Assembly: GCA_963712745.1 (NCBI GenBank)
Contig: CAVQJC010000020.1
Location: 1-64,000, forward strand
Source: an uncultured Chloroflexia bacterium
GTDB lineage: Bacteria; Chloroflexota; Limnocylindria; Limnocylindrales; CSP1-4
Reading direction: 5' to 3'
DNA length: 64,000 nucleotides
This document shows, in pieces, positions 17,322 through 27,605 of this stretch. Each line of letters begins with the position of its first letter. Within the stretch, counting starts at the first letter, position 1. Made by a program: the position numbers and the translations under genes. A model generated the notes under the pieces. The model made no database searches, was not told the DNA's origin, and saw only the letters and a program-made list of their open reading frames with translations.

Positions 17322-20300
17322 ATGCTGCCGGCTCCGAGAGGTAGTGCGACCAGTCCGCTCGTATACGGACGCGACGCGGAGTCGTCGCGGCTCGATGCCG
17401 CGCTCGAGGCGATGACGCGGGGCGAACCTCGTCCGGTCGTCATCGGTGGCGAGGCCGGCATCGGCAAGACGCGTCTGATCGACGAAGCCCTCGAACGTGC
17501 CGGACCCGACTTGCGCGTGCTGCACGGGGCGTGCCTCGCGCTGGGCTCGACTATCCCCTACCTGCCGTTCGCAGAGATCGTCCGCGACCTCGTCCGGCAG
17601 GTGTCGTCCGCGACGCTGAACCAAGTGGTGGGGCCGGCGCGGGCCGAGCTGGCGCGTTTCCTGCCTGAGGTCACTGCCGTGGTGCGCGCCGACGGGCAGG
17701 CGTCCCCGGCCCCGGAGCGAAGCGACGAACTCGAGCGACTGCGGCTCTACGAAGCCTTCCTGCGGGTGGCCGAACGCATCGCCGCGGACACGCCTACCGT
17801 CTTCGTGATCGAGGACGTGCAGTGGATCGACCGCGCCAGCCTGGAGCTATTGGCCTTCCTGGCACACGGGCTGCAGCAGAGCCACCGGGCTGCACTCATC
17901 GTGTCGGTGCGACCGGAGGAGGTCGAGGACAAGGAGCCGGTGCTGACTCTGCTCGCCGACCTTGGACGAGGCAGCCGCGCGGAGCGAATCGAGCTCGGGC
18001 CGCTGGACGAGACCGCCACCAGGCGGCTGGCCGCAGCCGTGCTTGGCACGCAGCCGCCGAGCGAGCTGATGGCTCGTGTCACACAACTGAGCGACGGGAA
18101 CCCGCTGTTCGCCGAGGAGCTGCTCGGGGCCTGGCGCTCGGGCCAGGCCGGCGATACCCTGCCCCCCAAGCTGCGCGACCTGCTGGCCGCGCGCCTGGCC
18201 CACGTGCCCGACGACGTGCTCGAGGTGTTGCGGGTGGCCGCAGCGTCCGGGCGCTCGGTGGATGACCGCCTGCTTACCACCGTGGCCGACCTCGACGAGG
18301 AGCAGGTCCAGCGCGCCGTCCACCTGGCCGTGGACGACCACATCCTCATCCGCACCGAGGGTCCCGCGAGACCCGGCTACCGCTTCCGCCACGAGATCCT
18401 GCGAGCGCTGGTGGCGTCCCAGTTGCTCCCGGCCCAATCACGACGGATCCACGCGGCCTACGCGGAGGCCCTCTCCCAGGAGCCGTCGGAACGCCGCAGC
18501 GCTACCGAGATCGCCGACCACTGGGATGCTGCCGGCGACTCGCTCAAGGCACTCGGCGCGCACATCGAGGCCGGGCGCACCGCGGTGTCCCGTTTCGCGT
18601 TCAGCCAGGCCAGCGACCACTTCGAACGCGCGCTCGTGCTCCTCGATGAAACCGGTCGGCAGGCACAGGCGGACATGTCCCGGAGCGAGTTGCTCGGTGA
18701 CGCCGCCTCCGCCGCGGCTCGGGCCGGGGAATTCGACCGCGCCATCGAGCTGACACGCCAGCTGATCAGCGCGCGGGATGAGCTGGAGCCCGAGACATGG
18801 GAGCTGGCCCGCTCCAGCCTGCGCTGGTACCTGTGGGAATCGGGCGACCTCGAGGCGGCCCTGGACGAGACCCAGGCTGTGCTTGCCGACCCGGCACCGA
18901 TGCCGGCACGCTGGCGAGCCAACGCGCTGGGCCACATGGCCGGCCTGCTGCTCTTCCTTCAGCGTACAGAGGAGGCCGGCGTGCGCGCACGCGAGGCTCT
19001 CGAGGTGGCCCAGGCTGCCGGTGCCTCCGAGGCGCAGGCGCTCGCCGAGGGCGTCCTCGGCTGGTGCCTCCTGCTTGAGGGCGACGTGGAGGGTGGGCTC
19101 GAGGTCATCCGTCGTGTCCTCGTTGCTGCCCGACTCGCCGACGAAGGGGTCCTCGAGGGCCGCTACCCGGTGGGTGCCGCGCTGGCCCACTCACAGCTGG
19201 CCGTGGCGCTCGAGCTCGTGGGCCGCCTCGAGGAGGCACACCACGTGGCCGAGGCCGGCGTCCTCATCGCACGCGAACAGGGCGTCGGTCGCACGTTCGG
19301 GGCCTCGCTCGAGGCCAGCTCTGCGCGCGCGCTCTTCCAGCTTGGTCGCTGGTCCGAGGCCGACGAGGCCATCGCCTCGGCCCTGCGATATGGCGCCGTC
19401 GGCTCAGGACGCATCGCTCTGCTGGCCGTGCGCGCCCTGCTGGCGAACGGGCGCGGCCGGGCCGACGATGCCGCGGCGACCCTGGCTGAAGCCGAAAGCC
19501 TGGTCAACGACACCACCCCGCTCGACGTGCGCCGCTGGCTCACCGCGGCCGGGGTCGAGCATTCGATCTGGCAGGGCGATCCGGTGGCAGCGCTGGCCCG
19601 CATGGCCTTCCTGGCCGAGGATCCCGATCGGCGGTCGGTGGCCGTGGCCGGAGGCCAGCCCGCGATGCTCGACGCCAGCGTGCCCCACCTGCTGGCGCTG
19701 GGCGCACGTGCCTGCGCCGACGCGGCCATGGTGGAGCGAGCCTCGAGCTCGGAGGCGGGCCTGTCGGCCATGGCCGAGGCCCAGCTGCAGGACGCCCTCC
19801 GACGGGCCCGCAAGCGTCGAGCCCTGGCCGAGGTGTGGGCCGCCGACCTGGCCATCGCGCGGGCCGAGCTGGAGCGAGCGGCCGGCAGTGATCCCGCTAC
19901 CCGCGTGCGTCAGTGGAAAGCCGCAGCCGGCCACGTGAGCGCACGGCCATACGCCTCCTGCTACGTGCGTTGGCGCCTGGCTGAGGCACATCTCAGTCGG
20001 CGCGACGGCCGGGATGACGCCGCGCCACTCATCGAATCGGCATTGTCTGACGCTCGCGCCCTGGGGGCACAGGTCATCGCCGACGAGCTGATCGCCCTCG
20101 CTCGCAGGGCACGGCTGGCACTCGGGACCGGCGATGGCCAGCCGGGCGTTGGCGCCAGTGACGCAGAGCGGCCCTATGGCCTGACCGCGCGCGAGGCGGA
20201 AGTGCTGGCCCTGCTGGCCGGGGGCCTCAGCAATCAGGAGATCGCGGAGCGGCTCTTCATCAGCCCCAAGACCGCCAGCGTCCACGTCTCCAACATCTAC

Positions 20301-20390
20301 GGCAAGCTGGCAGTCGAATCGCGGGTCGCGGCAGCGACACTCGCGCACGAGATGGGCCTCGACGAGGTCCTGCCGGAGGACGGCGCCTAG
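17322..20390 (+). CDS. Large ATP-binding LuxR-family (LAL) regulator
   Basis: GEAGIGKT, IEDVQWID, GNPLFAEE, C-terminal LTAREAEVL..SNQEIAERLFISPKTASVHV. Confidence 0.92.
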   Translation: MLPAPRGSATSPLVYGRDAESSRLDAALEAMTRGEPRPVVIGGEAGIGKTRLIDEALERAGPDLRVLHGACLALGSTIPYLPFAEIVRDLVRQVSSATLNQVVGPARAELARFLPEVTAVVRADGQASPAPERSDELERLRLYEAFLRVAERIAADTPTVFVIEDVQWIDRASLELLAFLAHGLQQSHRAALIVSVRPEEVEDKEPVLTLLADLGRGSRAERIELGPLDETATRRLAAAVLGTQPPSELMARVTQLSDGNPLFAEELLGAWRSGQAGDTLPPKLRDLLAARLAHVPDDVLEVLRVAAASGRSVDDRLLTTVADLDEEQVQRAVHLAVDDHILIRTEGPARPGYRFRHEILRALVASQLLPAQSRRIHAAYAEALSQEPSERRSATEIADHWDAAGDSLKALGAHIEAGRTAVSRFAFSQASDHFERALVLLDETGRQAQADMSRSELLGDAASAAARAGEFDRAIELTRQLISARDELEPETWELARSSLRWYLWESGDLEAALDETQAVLADPAPMPARWRANALGHMAGLLLFLQRTEEAGVRAREALEVAQAAGASEAQALAEGVLGWCLLLEGDVEGGLEVIRRVLVAARLADEGVLEGRYPVGAALAHSQLAVALELVGRLEEAHHVAEAGVLIAREQGVGRTFGASLEASSARALFQLGRWSEADEAIASALRYGAVGSGRIALLAVRALLANGRGRADDAAATLAEAESLVNDTTPLDVRRWLTAAGVEHSIWQGDPVAALARMAFLAEDPDRRSVAVAGGQPAMLDASVPHLLALGARACADAAMVERASSSEAGLSAMAEAQLQDALRRARKRRALAEVWAADLAIARAELERAAGSDPATRVRQWKAAAGHVSARPYASCYVRWRLAEAHLSRRDGRDDAAPLIESALSDARALGAQVIADELIALARRARLALGTGDGQPGVGASDAERPYGLTAREAEVLALLAGGLSNQEIAERLFISPKTASVHVSNIYGKLAVESRVAAATLAHEMGLDEVLPEDGA

Positions 20391-20421
20391 ATCCCCCAGG
20401 CCCGCCCGCCGCGCCGGGCGG

Positions 20422-20994
20422 TCACTCGCGCAGCGGCTCCAGATCCGAGCAGACCGCGTAGACCTCGAACCCGACGGGCTCGACCGAGCCGTCGCTCGAG
20501 ACCATCGAGACGGCCCAGGCGCGGGCACCGGAGGGGTAGTCCTCGAGGACGGTGGCCGCCGGACCGGAGGTTCTCCGGTAGCCGCCACCGGTCACGAGGT
20601 CGCCCTCGTCGCATTTCGCGGTTCCACTGACGAGCACGAGATCCTCGAATGCCTGGCGCACGATGTAGGTAGCGCTCGTGCCGGGCTTGCCCTTGGGGCC
20701 GGGCTCACCCTGCTCGCCCCTGGGACCTTCTTCGCCCTGCGGCCCAGGGTCACCCGTGGGCCCCTGCTCACCCGGCGCTCCCTGTGGACCATCCATGTTC
20801 CACTGCGCCAGCTGCGACGACTTGTCGCAGGGGCCGAGCGGTTCGTTGCCCACCGCGACGCTGGACAGATTCCCCTCGGGGTCCAGGCAGCCCGAGTAGG
20901 TCACGGTCTCGTCCGCAGCCGCAGCTGCGGCCCCCAGCGTCATAACCGCTCCGACCGCGAGCGTGAGCGCGCGGCCCCCTGTTCCCGTCACCAT
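20422..20994 (-). CDS. Secreted collagen-like protein
   Basis: Signal peptide and about 12 G-X-Y triplets. Confidence 0.8.
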   Translation of the reverse strand: MVTGTGGRALTLAVGAVMTLGAAAAAADETVTYSGCLDPEGNLSSVAVGNEPLGPCDKSSQLAQWNMDGPQGAPGEQGPTGDPGPQGEEGPRGEQGEPGPKGKPGTSATYIVRQAFEDLVLVSGTAKCDEGDLVTGGGYRRTSGPAATVLEDYPSGARAWAVSMVSSDGSVEPVGFEVYAVCSDLEPLRE

Positions 20995-21011
20995 GGCTAG
21001 CTCCTTGCGGT

Positions 21012-21437
21012 CTACCCGCGTCCTCGGCGGGGTACGAAAGCGCCGATGACCATGAGCACGCCCAGGGCCACGGCCGCGATAGGCCAGATCTCACCGATGT
21101 CGAGGGCCAGTTCATCGCCGAAGAGGATCCAGATCCCCACGGCCACGAGCAACAAGCCCACGACAGCCGCGCCGGCGCCGCCGCGACTTCGGCGCTCCGC
21201 TGATGGAGCATCCATGCCGGACGGAGGCGCCGACGGCGCATAGTAGGTCGCCTGCCCGACTTCGGCCGGTGGTCGCTGGCCGTAGTACGGGTCTTGGGGT
21301 GGCGCATACGGGTCGCCGGGCGGTTGGCCGAAGTACGGGTCGGACGGTGGCTGCGGGGGTGGCACTGCATAGGGATCGGCCGGCGGCTGGCCATAGTAGG
21401 AATCCTGCGGCGGCCGTCCGCCGGGATACTGGCTCAT
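21012..21437 (-). CDS. Proline-rich membrane protein
   Basis: PPxDPY repeats and 2 C-terminal TM helices. Confidence 0.7.
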   Translation of the reverse strand: MSQYPGGRPPQDSYYGQPPADPYAVPPPQPPSDPYFGQPPGDPYAPPQDPYYGQRPPAEVGQATYYAPSAPPSGMDAPSAERRSRGGAGAAVVGLLLVAVGIWILFGDELALDIGEIWPIAAVALGVLMVIGAFVPRRGRG

Positions 21438-22471
21438 GAGCAGGCCTCCGGACGCTCGATGGAGAATGACGATGCGGTGCTGGTGACCGACAGTGAGACC
21501 CGGTCCGCGGTGGTGGTGAGGCCCTCACTGATCCATTGGCCGGGACTCTCCTCGGACAGGTCGCTCGAGGCGAGGTCGTCGCCCGAGAGGACGGACGAGT
21601 AGTCCACGCGCAAGCCCGCGCCCGTCGGTACGCAGACGACCAGGGACGAAGCATTGAGCGTGATGTCGGCCGCGATATCGCCTTCCGGCAGCAGCAGCCG
21701 ACCATCGGATGCATTGAGGGTCAGGTCGACGCTGGCCTCCTGCGGTGTCGTGGCCTCGACCAGGTCGATGGTCACCTCGGTGGCGTTGAGCGTGCCGGCG
21801 ATACGCTCGAGTGGGCCGGCCCCGGCGTCGATGGCGCCCTGGACGGCGTTGAGCGTGGTCTGCATCCGCAGCGCGGCGCGGGCGGGTACCTCGACAGCCC
21901 AGATGCTCTGCACCCGTCGGCCGAAGAAGGCCAGGTCCTCGGTGGAATCCTGGCTCACCCGCAGGTAGGCCGTCGCGCCCTCGCGCTCCGCCTCGGCGAT
22001 CTGCGGTGGGTCATCGGGAGCGTGACGGGCTTGCAGGCTCCAGTTCGCGACGGTCGCGCGGGATACGTCGAGCTCGCCGCACGAGAGCGAGACGTCCAGT
22101 TCGAACTCGTTGGGGGAGGCCACGCTGCCCTCACTGGTGCTGGCCGTGCCTACCTCACCGTTGACACAGGCACCGCTGGCGATGGCGGGGATGATGCCCT
22201 GCAGATTGTCGAAACCGTCGTCCCGTACGGTCACGATGGCCGCGCCGAAGATGAGGCCGAACGTGGCTGCCACGAGTGCCCCGCCGAACCACGACAACGG
22301 TGTCCAGCGAAGGACCAGCCCGAGGCCGATGCCGACGAGGATGAGGGGCCACAGCCGCCCGAGGTCCGACGCGATGTCGGTTTCGAGCCAGCCCTGGTCG
22401 ACGGCAAGCGGGATGCCGCCGAGGGCGATCAGGAATACGCCCCAGTTGAGCAGACTTCGATCGATGCGCAT
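21434..22471 (-). CDS. LiaF/DUF5668-like membrane protein
   Basis: WGVFLIALG..LWPLILVGIGL N-terminus and beta-rich C-terminal region. Confidence 0.7.
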   Translation of the reverse strand: MRIDRSLLNWGVFLIALGGIPLAVDQGWLETDIASDLGRLWPLILVGIGLGLVLRWTPLSWFGGALVAATFGLIFGAAIVTVRDDGFDNLQGIIPAIASGACVNGEVGTASTSEGSVASPNEFELDVSLSCGELDVSRATVANWSLQARHAPDDPPQIAEAEREGATAYLRVSQDSTEDLAFFGRRVQSIWAVEVPARAALRMQTTLNAVQGAIDAGAGPLERIAGTLNATEVTIDLVEATTPQEASVDLTLNASDGRLLLPEGDIAADITLNASSLVVCVPTGAGLRVDYSSVLSGDDLASSDLSEESPGQWISEGLTTTADRVSLSVTSTASSFSIERPEACS

Positions 22472-22560
22472 GATGCCGCACAGTCTAGCCAGCCTTGGCC
22501 AGCGCGGAGCGGCGGATCTCCGGGGGGATCCGTGTGGTTGCGCTGGTCGGCCGGCGCCGT

Positions 22561-23367
22561 CTAGCTCGGCGCCGGCAGGTCTCGCCTGGGAAAGCGGTAG
22601 AAGGCGATGGCGACGAAGACGGCGATGAAGGCCACCAGCACCGCCACATCGGTGAGGGCCGCGCCGTGCGCGAGGACCTGCCGTGCCTTGAGCAGGTTGA
22701 ACATCGACCAGTCCTCGAGGAAGCCGACGTCGGGCCAGATCGAGCCGATGGCGTAGGCGAGGTAGTTGAGCAGGACGAAGACGGTCGGGATGCCGATGGC
22801 CGGGCCCGCGCGGTCAGACTCGACCGAGGCCACAAAGGCCAGGGCCATGAAGCCGATGAACAGGAGCGAGCCCACGACCCACAACTGGGCCAGGTTGCCG
22901 AAGTCGACCTCCTCCCCGAAACCGACGGCGAAGGCCGTGATACCGGTCGTCCCTACGAGCACGCCGATGAGCGCCGCCACGAACACGACCCCCGCGGTCA
23001 GCAAGGTGGTCAGCAGGCCGCGCCGGGAGACAGGGCGCGAGAGGGTCACCTCCAGCGTGCCCTTGTCGCGCTCGCCGGCGATGGCCAGGGCCGGGAAGGC
23101 GATGGCCATGATGCCCACCAGCAGTAGCGTGAACGGATGAGAGAAGCCCATGGCCATCGACCCGTTGAGCGACATCAGGTCCCCGCCTCCGAAGTTCGAG
23201 GCGATCTGATTGAAGAACGGCACCGAGTCGATGAACTCGCTCATCTCCTGGCCGAACGCCGCGTACATCACGGGCATGATCACGCCCATCAACACGAGCC
23301 CGGCCGCGATGACCACCAGACGCAGGGCGTTGGACCCGAAGGTGTAGCGCAGCAGCGGTGGGTTCAC
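22561..23367 (-). CDS. ABC-2 type permease
   Basis: IAGERDKGTLEVTLSRPVSR, 6 TM helices. Confidence 0.85.
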   Translation of the reverse strand: MNPPLLRYTFGSNALRLVVIAAGLVLMGVIMPVMYAAFGQEMSEFIDSVPFFNQIASNFGGGDLMSLNGSMAMGFSHPFTLLLVGIMAIAFPALAIAGERDKGTLEVTLSRPVSRRGLLTTLLTAGVVFVAALIGVLVGTTGITAFAVGFGEEVDFGNLAQLWVVGSLLFIGFMALAFVASVESDRAGPAIGIPTVFVLLNYLAYAIGSIWPDVGFLEDWSMFNLLKARQVLAHGAALTDVAVLVAFIAVFVAIAFYRFPRRDLPAPS

Positions 23368-23419
23368 GCGTCGCCGGTGTCATGCGTCGTCACAGCCTCA
23401 GCGTACGACAGACCCGTAT

Positions 23420-23670
23420 GCGCGGCGGAATCGGCCAGCCGGGGCCGAGTCAGCCAGTCCGGCAAAGCCGTTGAACTTGGCGGGGTCGCGGAGGCGTCGC
23501 AGGTGGCGCCAGATGTCGATGAACGCCAGGCGGGTGGCGTCCTCGGCCAGGTGCGCGTCACGGAGGATGCCGTGCGCTACGCGGAACAGCCGGGGATGGT
23601 GCGCTTCGGTCAATGACTCGAAGGCGCGCTGGTCGCCGTTCTGTGCTCGTGTCACGAGGTCTTGACCCAT
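23420..23670 (-). pseudogene. Truncated ECF sigma factor (region 2 only)
   Basis: LVTRAQNGDQRAFESL..AHGILRDAHLAEDA..WRHLRRLRDPAKF, then homology is lost. Confidence 0.7.
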
Positions 23671-23806
23671 GTCCTCGTCTCGCCAGCTCCGCAAGGGTGG
23701 GGTCCCTCCCTCCTTGGGCAGGAACTCGAGCGTCGGAGACGGAGAGCCAGTCGTTCGGGACCTCCGTCACTTGACCCCGTCGACGGAGGGAAGTCTCATG
23801 GAGCGT

Positions 23807-23880
23807 AGCGGGAGGCCGTGAAGTCCGACTCGCCGACGTTGGCCGCCTGAGTCGTTCCGAGCCACTGGCGAACCCCACCC
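23807..23880 (+). ncRNA. c-di-GMP-II-like riboswitch variant
   Basis: Close to the reverse complement of 6432-6505; 20 nt before the start codon. Confidence 0.7.
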
Positions 23881-23900
23881 GTGCCAGAGAAGGTGATGTG

Positions 23901-24434
23901 ATGCGGACGTTGCGACAAGCCGTGGCGGGGACGGTCACCTTGGCACTGCTCGGCGGACTGGCTGGTGCGGTCGCGGCGCGATCCGAGGACGCTGATGTCA
24001 TCGTCGGGCAATCGGCCACGTGGGTCACCTTCACGGAGCAGGAGTGCTCCGTGGATGAAGTAGTGCCATTGCAGGACGGGGCCATCCAGCGGATCCGGGG
24101 CGTGGTCGCCACCTGTGAGGTCACGTTCAGTGACCCACGCGTGAGCGGCACGGCGACGGTCTCGAGCAACTACGACTGCCACGCGGAAGCGGGCTGCGTA
24201 GTCTGGGGCACCCAAGAGCTCGTCGGGCCGGATGGCTCGTGGACTGGCTCGTTCACCGGGACCATCGACGCTGCATTTACGGAGCGTGGCTTCACGCTCT
24301 TGAACGGTACAGCGGGCTACGAGGGCCTCACGTTCATCGTCCAACCGGCTGCGCAACTTGGGGAGGCACCTTCCGCCGTCGGCATCATCTACGAGGGCGG
24401 CGCACCTCCCCCGGTGGAGCTACCCGCCGACTAG
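23901..24434 (+). CDS. Secreted protein (SDPRxxG...GxxxYEGL domain)
   Basis: Signal peptide; domain shared with 32452-33003 and the C-terminus of 39933-41408. Confidence 0.75.
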   Translation: MRTLRQAVAGTVTLALLGGLAGAVAARSEDADVIVGQSATWVTFTEQECSVDEVVPLQDGAIQRIRGVVATCEVTFSDPRVSGTATVSSNYDCHAEAGCVVWGTQELVGPDGSWTGSFTGTIDAAFTERGFTLLNGTAGYEGLTFIVQPAAQLGEAPSAVGIIYEGGAPPPVELPAD

Positions 24435-25364
24435 CTCTGGTTCTGTCGCGGAGTCCTCCGCGTAGTACTCCATGAAGGCCTCTTCAAGACGAGCCGGCTC
24501 GATGAGCAGATCGTGGATGCCGACTCCCTGGAGTGCCGCCACGAGCGGCCCCGGGTCGCCCTCGAGCTGGCAGGTAAGCACGCCCTCGCGCACGTGGACC
24601 TCACTCACGCCCGGCACGCCGTCCAGTTCCGGGGCGTCGCCTTCGAGTCGTATCTCCACTCGTCGGCGACGGCGCGCCAGCAGCTGGCCGATGTCGGTCA
24701 GGGCCACGAGCTCGCCCTTGCGCACGATGGCCACGCGATCACACACCCGTTCGACCTCGCTGAGTATGTGCGAGGAGAAGAACACCGTACGGCCGGCGCG
24801 CTGGCGGTCGTCGAGGATCTCGTAGAAGGCTCGCTGCATCAGCGGGTCCAGCCCCTCGGTCGGCTCATCGAGGATGGCCAGCTCGGGATCGCTCTGGAGA
24901 GCCTGGATGATGCCCACCTTCTGGCGCATGCCCCGGGAATAATCACGGATCTGGCGGCGCAGGTCAGCCTGGCTCAGCTCCAGGCGTTCGGTCAGCTCAT
25001 CCCGCAATGGCGAGCGCCGGCCGTCGAGCGCCGAGAGGTAGGAGAGCTGCTCGGCTCCTGTCATCGAGTCGTAGAAGGCGATGCCGCCAGGAAGGTAGCC
25101 GGTGCGGCGACGGATCTCCTCGGAATCGCTGACGATGTCGCGCCCCAGCACCTCTGCCCGACCGACCGTCGGGTGCAGGTAGCCCAGCAGCAGGCGGATC
25201 GTCGTCGACTTGCCGGCTCCATTGGGCCCAAGGAAGCCGAAGATCTCGCCCTCGTTGACCTCGATCGAGAGGTCGTGCAACGCCCGCACCGACGCGCTCC
25301 TGTGGAGTGGCATGCCATGACCGCGGTATGCCTTGCCCAGCGACTCGGTGACGATGGCGGGCAT
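24420..25364 (-). CDS. ABC transporter ATP-binding protein
   Basis: GPNGAGKST, YSRGMRQK, ILDEPT, SSH. Confidence 0.93.
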   Translation of the reverse strand: MPAIVTESLGKAYRGHGMPLHRSASVRALHDLSIEVNEGEIFGFLGPNGAGKSTTIRLLLGYLHPTVGRAEVLGRDIVSDSEEIRRRTGYLPGGIAFYDSMTGAEQLSYLSALDGRRSPLRDELTERLELSQADLRRQIRDYSRGMRQKVGIIQALQSDPELAILDEPTEGLDPLMQRAFYEILDDRQRAGRTVFFSSHILSEVERVCDRVAIVRKGELVALTDIGQLLARRRRRVEIRLEGDAPELDGVPGVSEVHVREGVLTCQLEGDPGPLVAALQGVGIHDLLIEPARLEEAFMEYYAEDSATEPELVGG

Positions 25365-26086
25365 CAGCGTGGGTCGGGCGCCCCTCCGTCATGGGCAGAC
25401 GCGCGACGCCCGGCCAGGCGCCAGCCCAGCGGCAGCGCCCCGGCCGCCAGCAGGAGCTTGGCGACGTCGCCGGGCACGAAGGGGTAGAGCCCCAAGGGCA
25501 GGACGTCAGTCACGCTGGCGCTCAGCGCCAGTGCCAGCCAGGTGAGCCCGAGCGCGTAGATGATAAGCGTGCCCAGGGCCATAGCCCCGAGCGAGCCGCC
25601 GAAGCGGCGATCCCAGCCGCGCTCCGCAAGCGCGCCCACCACCACCGAGGCCAGCAGGAACCCGACGAGGTAGCCGCCGGTGGCTCCAAGCACGAGCCCA
25701 CCCTGCCTGACAGCGACGAAGGTCTCGAGTCCGGACCCTCCAGAAGCGAAGACGGGCAGGCCGATGGCACCGATGAGCAGGTAGATGCCGGTCGCAGAGA
25801 TGCCTCGTCGCGCACCCAGCGCCGCGCTCGTGAAGAGCACGCCGAACGTTTGCAGCGTGATCGGCACGTAGGGATTGTCGGGCACGTAGAAGCGGCCCAG
25901 GCTCACGGCCGGCAACTCGAAGGCGATGCGGGCGCCGATGATGAGCAGGATCACGCCGCCGGCGATGAGCGTGACATCACGGGCCCAGGCCGGGGCCCGC
26001 TGGGCGAGGCTCGAGGGGATGAGGTAGTCGCCGAGAGTGAGACCTCGTCGGGTCGCGAGGTCACCGGCGTAAGGGGCGGTGGTCAT
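25364..26086 (-). CDS. bioY: Biotin transporter BioY
   Basis: VPITLQTFGV, YLLIGAIGLPVFA, TGGYLVGF, PFVPGD. Confidence 0.88.
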   Translation of the reverse strand: MTTAPYAGDLATRRGLTLGDYLIPSSLAQRAPAWARDVTLIAGGVILLIIGARIAFELPAVSLGRFYVPDNPYVPITLQTFGVLFTSAALGARRGISATGIYLLIGAIGLPVFASGGSGLETFVAVRQGGLVLGATGGYLVGFLLASVVVGALAERGWDRRFGGSLGAMALGTLIIYALGLTWLALALSASVTDVLPLGLYPFVPGDVAKLLLAAGALPLGWRLAGRRASAHDGGAPDPR

Positions 26087-26158
26087 CGGGCGGATGGTAT
26101 CAGGGCGCGGGCACCACGATCCTTCGAATGCCGCCTAGATACCCCAGGCCCGTAGCTG

Positions 26159-27386
26159 TCAAGCAGCAAGCTGCTCGAGGGGTCGACCCCAGGCCGTCTC
26201 CTCGTCGTAGCGGGTCCGATGCGTGAGGCAGCCGTGGAGGATGCCCACGAGCCTGTTGGCGAGCTTGCGACGGGCGGTCCTGGACGTGTGTGGTCCCGGG
26301 TCGTGGGCGTCGTAGTAGGCGCGGGCACCGGGTGACGCGCTCAGGGCACAGAGGGCCCACTGGTACGTGGCATCGGCGAGCCGGCGGTTGCGCACGAGAC
26401 GAGCCACGACGACGTGGCTCGTGCCCGATGCCCGCGTGATCGGGCTGGTGCCCGCGTAGTTGCGCCGGGCCCTAGCATCGGCATAGCGGTCGGGGGCATC
26501 CCCGAACTCCGCGAGCACCCGGGCGCCGAGGACAGCACCGAGTCCAGGCAGACTTCGCAGGATCTCGGCGTCCGGGTGACGATCGAAGGCATCGACGAGC
26601 TCGGCCTCGAGCCGGGCGATCTGCTCGCTCAAGGTCCTGATGACCGCCACGAGCGCGGTGGTGTTCGCCGCCTGGGCCTCGGCCACGAGCGCTGGAGCCG
26701 CCAGTTGTGGCGCCCGCAGGGCCGAGCGGATCTCGCTCGCCCGCTGCTCGAGGTTCCGCTGTCGGCCGCCCTTGCGCAGGAGCGAGACGGTCTTCGCCTG
26801 GCTGAGCTTGCGTCCGCGCACAGGATCGGGTGCCGCCATGAGCACCGCGGTCGCATCGGGGTGCGCGAGGTCCTCGAAGGCGACCATGGCCCCCGGGTAG
26901 TACTCGCGCAGGGCGCTGCGCAGCGCGTTGGTCTGGCGCCCCCGCGTCCAGATGAGGTTCTGGTGGGCCCGGGCGAGGACCTTGATGGCTGCCTGGAGCT
27001 CGCTGTCGGGGGCCACCCGACGATGATGCTGGCGGTCGGTGCGGACGAAGATCGGCGAGGACCCGTGCGTCGCCCCGGTCGGACTTGGCCCGGCTCGTCG
27101 TATGGCGCTCGCGATATCTCGAGGCCGCGAGCGGGTTGACCGCATACACCCCGTACCCCGCCGCAAGCAGGGCGGTCACGAGCAGGCCCCGGTCGGTCTC
27201 GATGCCGACGATCACATCGGCCGGCTCGTCGGCATGCTCACCGAGCAGCGCGTGCAGGCGGGCCACGCCCTCGAGGCCCTCGGGGATGCGCCTGGTCGCG
27301 AGCACCTCCCCCTCGCTGTCGAGCACGCAGACGTCGTGGTGCGTCTCGGCCCAGTCGATGCCGATGAAGACGATCGCTCCCTCCAT
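26159..27386 (-). CDS. IS110 recombinase (frameshift near 27050)
   Basis: IGIDWA..HDV, GIET, KSDRGDA, SLPGLG, YAGTSPITRASG. Confidence 0.85.
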
Positions 27387-27419
27387 CTCCGCTTCGGAGC
27401 CGCAGGAGGCGGTCATGGC

Positions 27420-27590
27420 GCCCTAATGGACCAGTGCTCATCGGCACGTCACCCCAGCAGCCATCTCGACCGTCCTCGCCGACCGCCGGGGGCACGATCT
27501 AGCCGTGGGACTCAGACGTCCTGACTCGGCCAGTGCTCACCCGGTGGTCCGGCTCGGCGACCAGTCTGAACCCTCAGTCCGGTCTGGCCC
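27420..27590 (-). ncRNA. Putative IS110 bridge RNA
   Basis: Contains segments matching both target flanks and both halves of the circle junction. Confidence 0.75.
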
Positions 27591-27605
27591 ATTAGACTCG
27601 GTGAC

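Larger units (their letters stand above)
26136..27596 (-). mobile_element. IS110-family element flanked by the TCTA core
   Basis: TAGA at 26136-39 and 27593-96; no terminal IRs; DEDD recombinase gene; ~200-nt structured 5' non-coding end. Confidence 0.85.

Noticed and set aside
20670-20790. 9-bp periodic sequence as a DNA-level repeat element
   Set aside because: Explained by collagen G-X-Y coding
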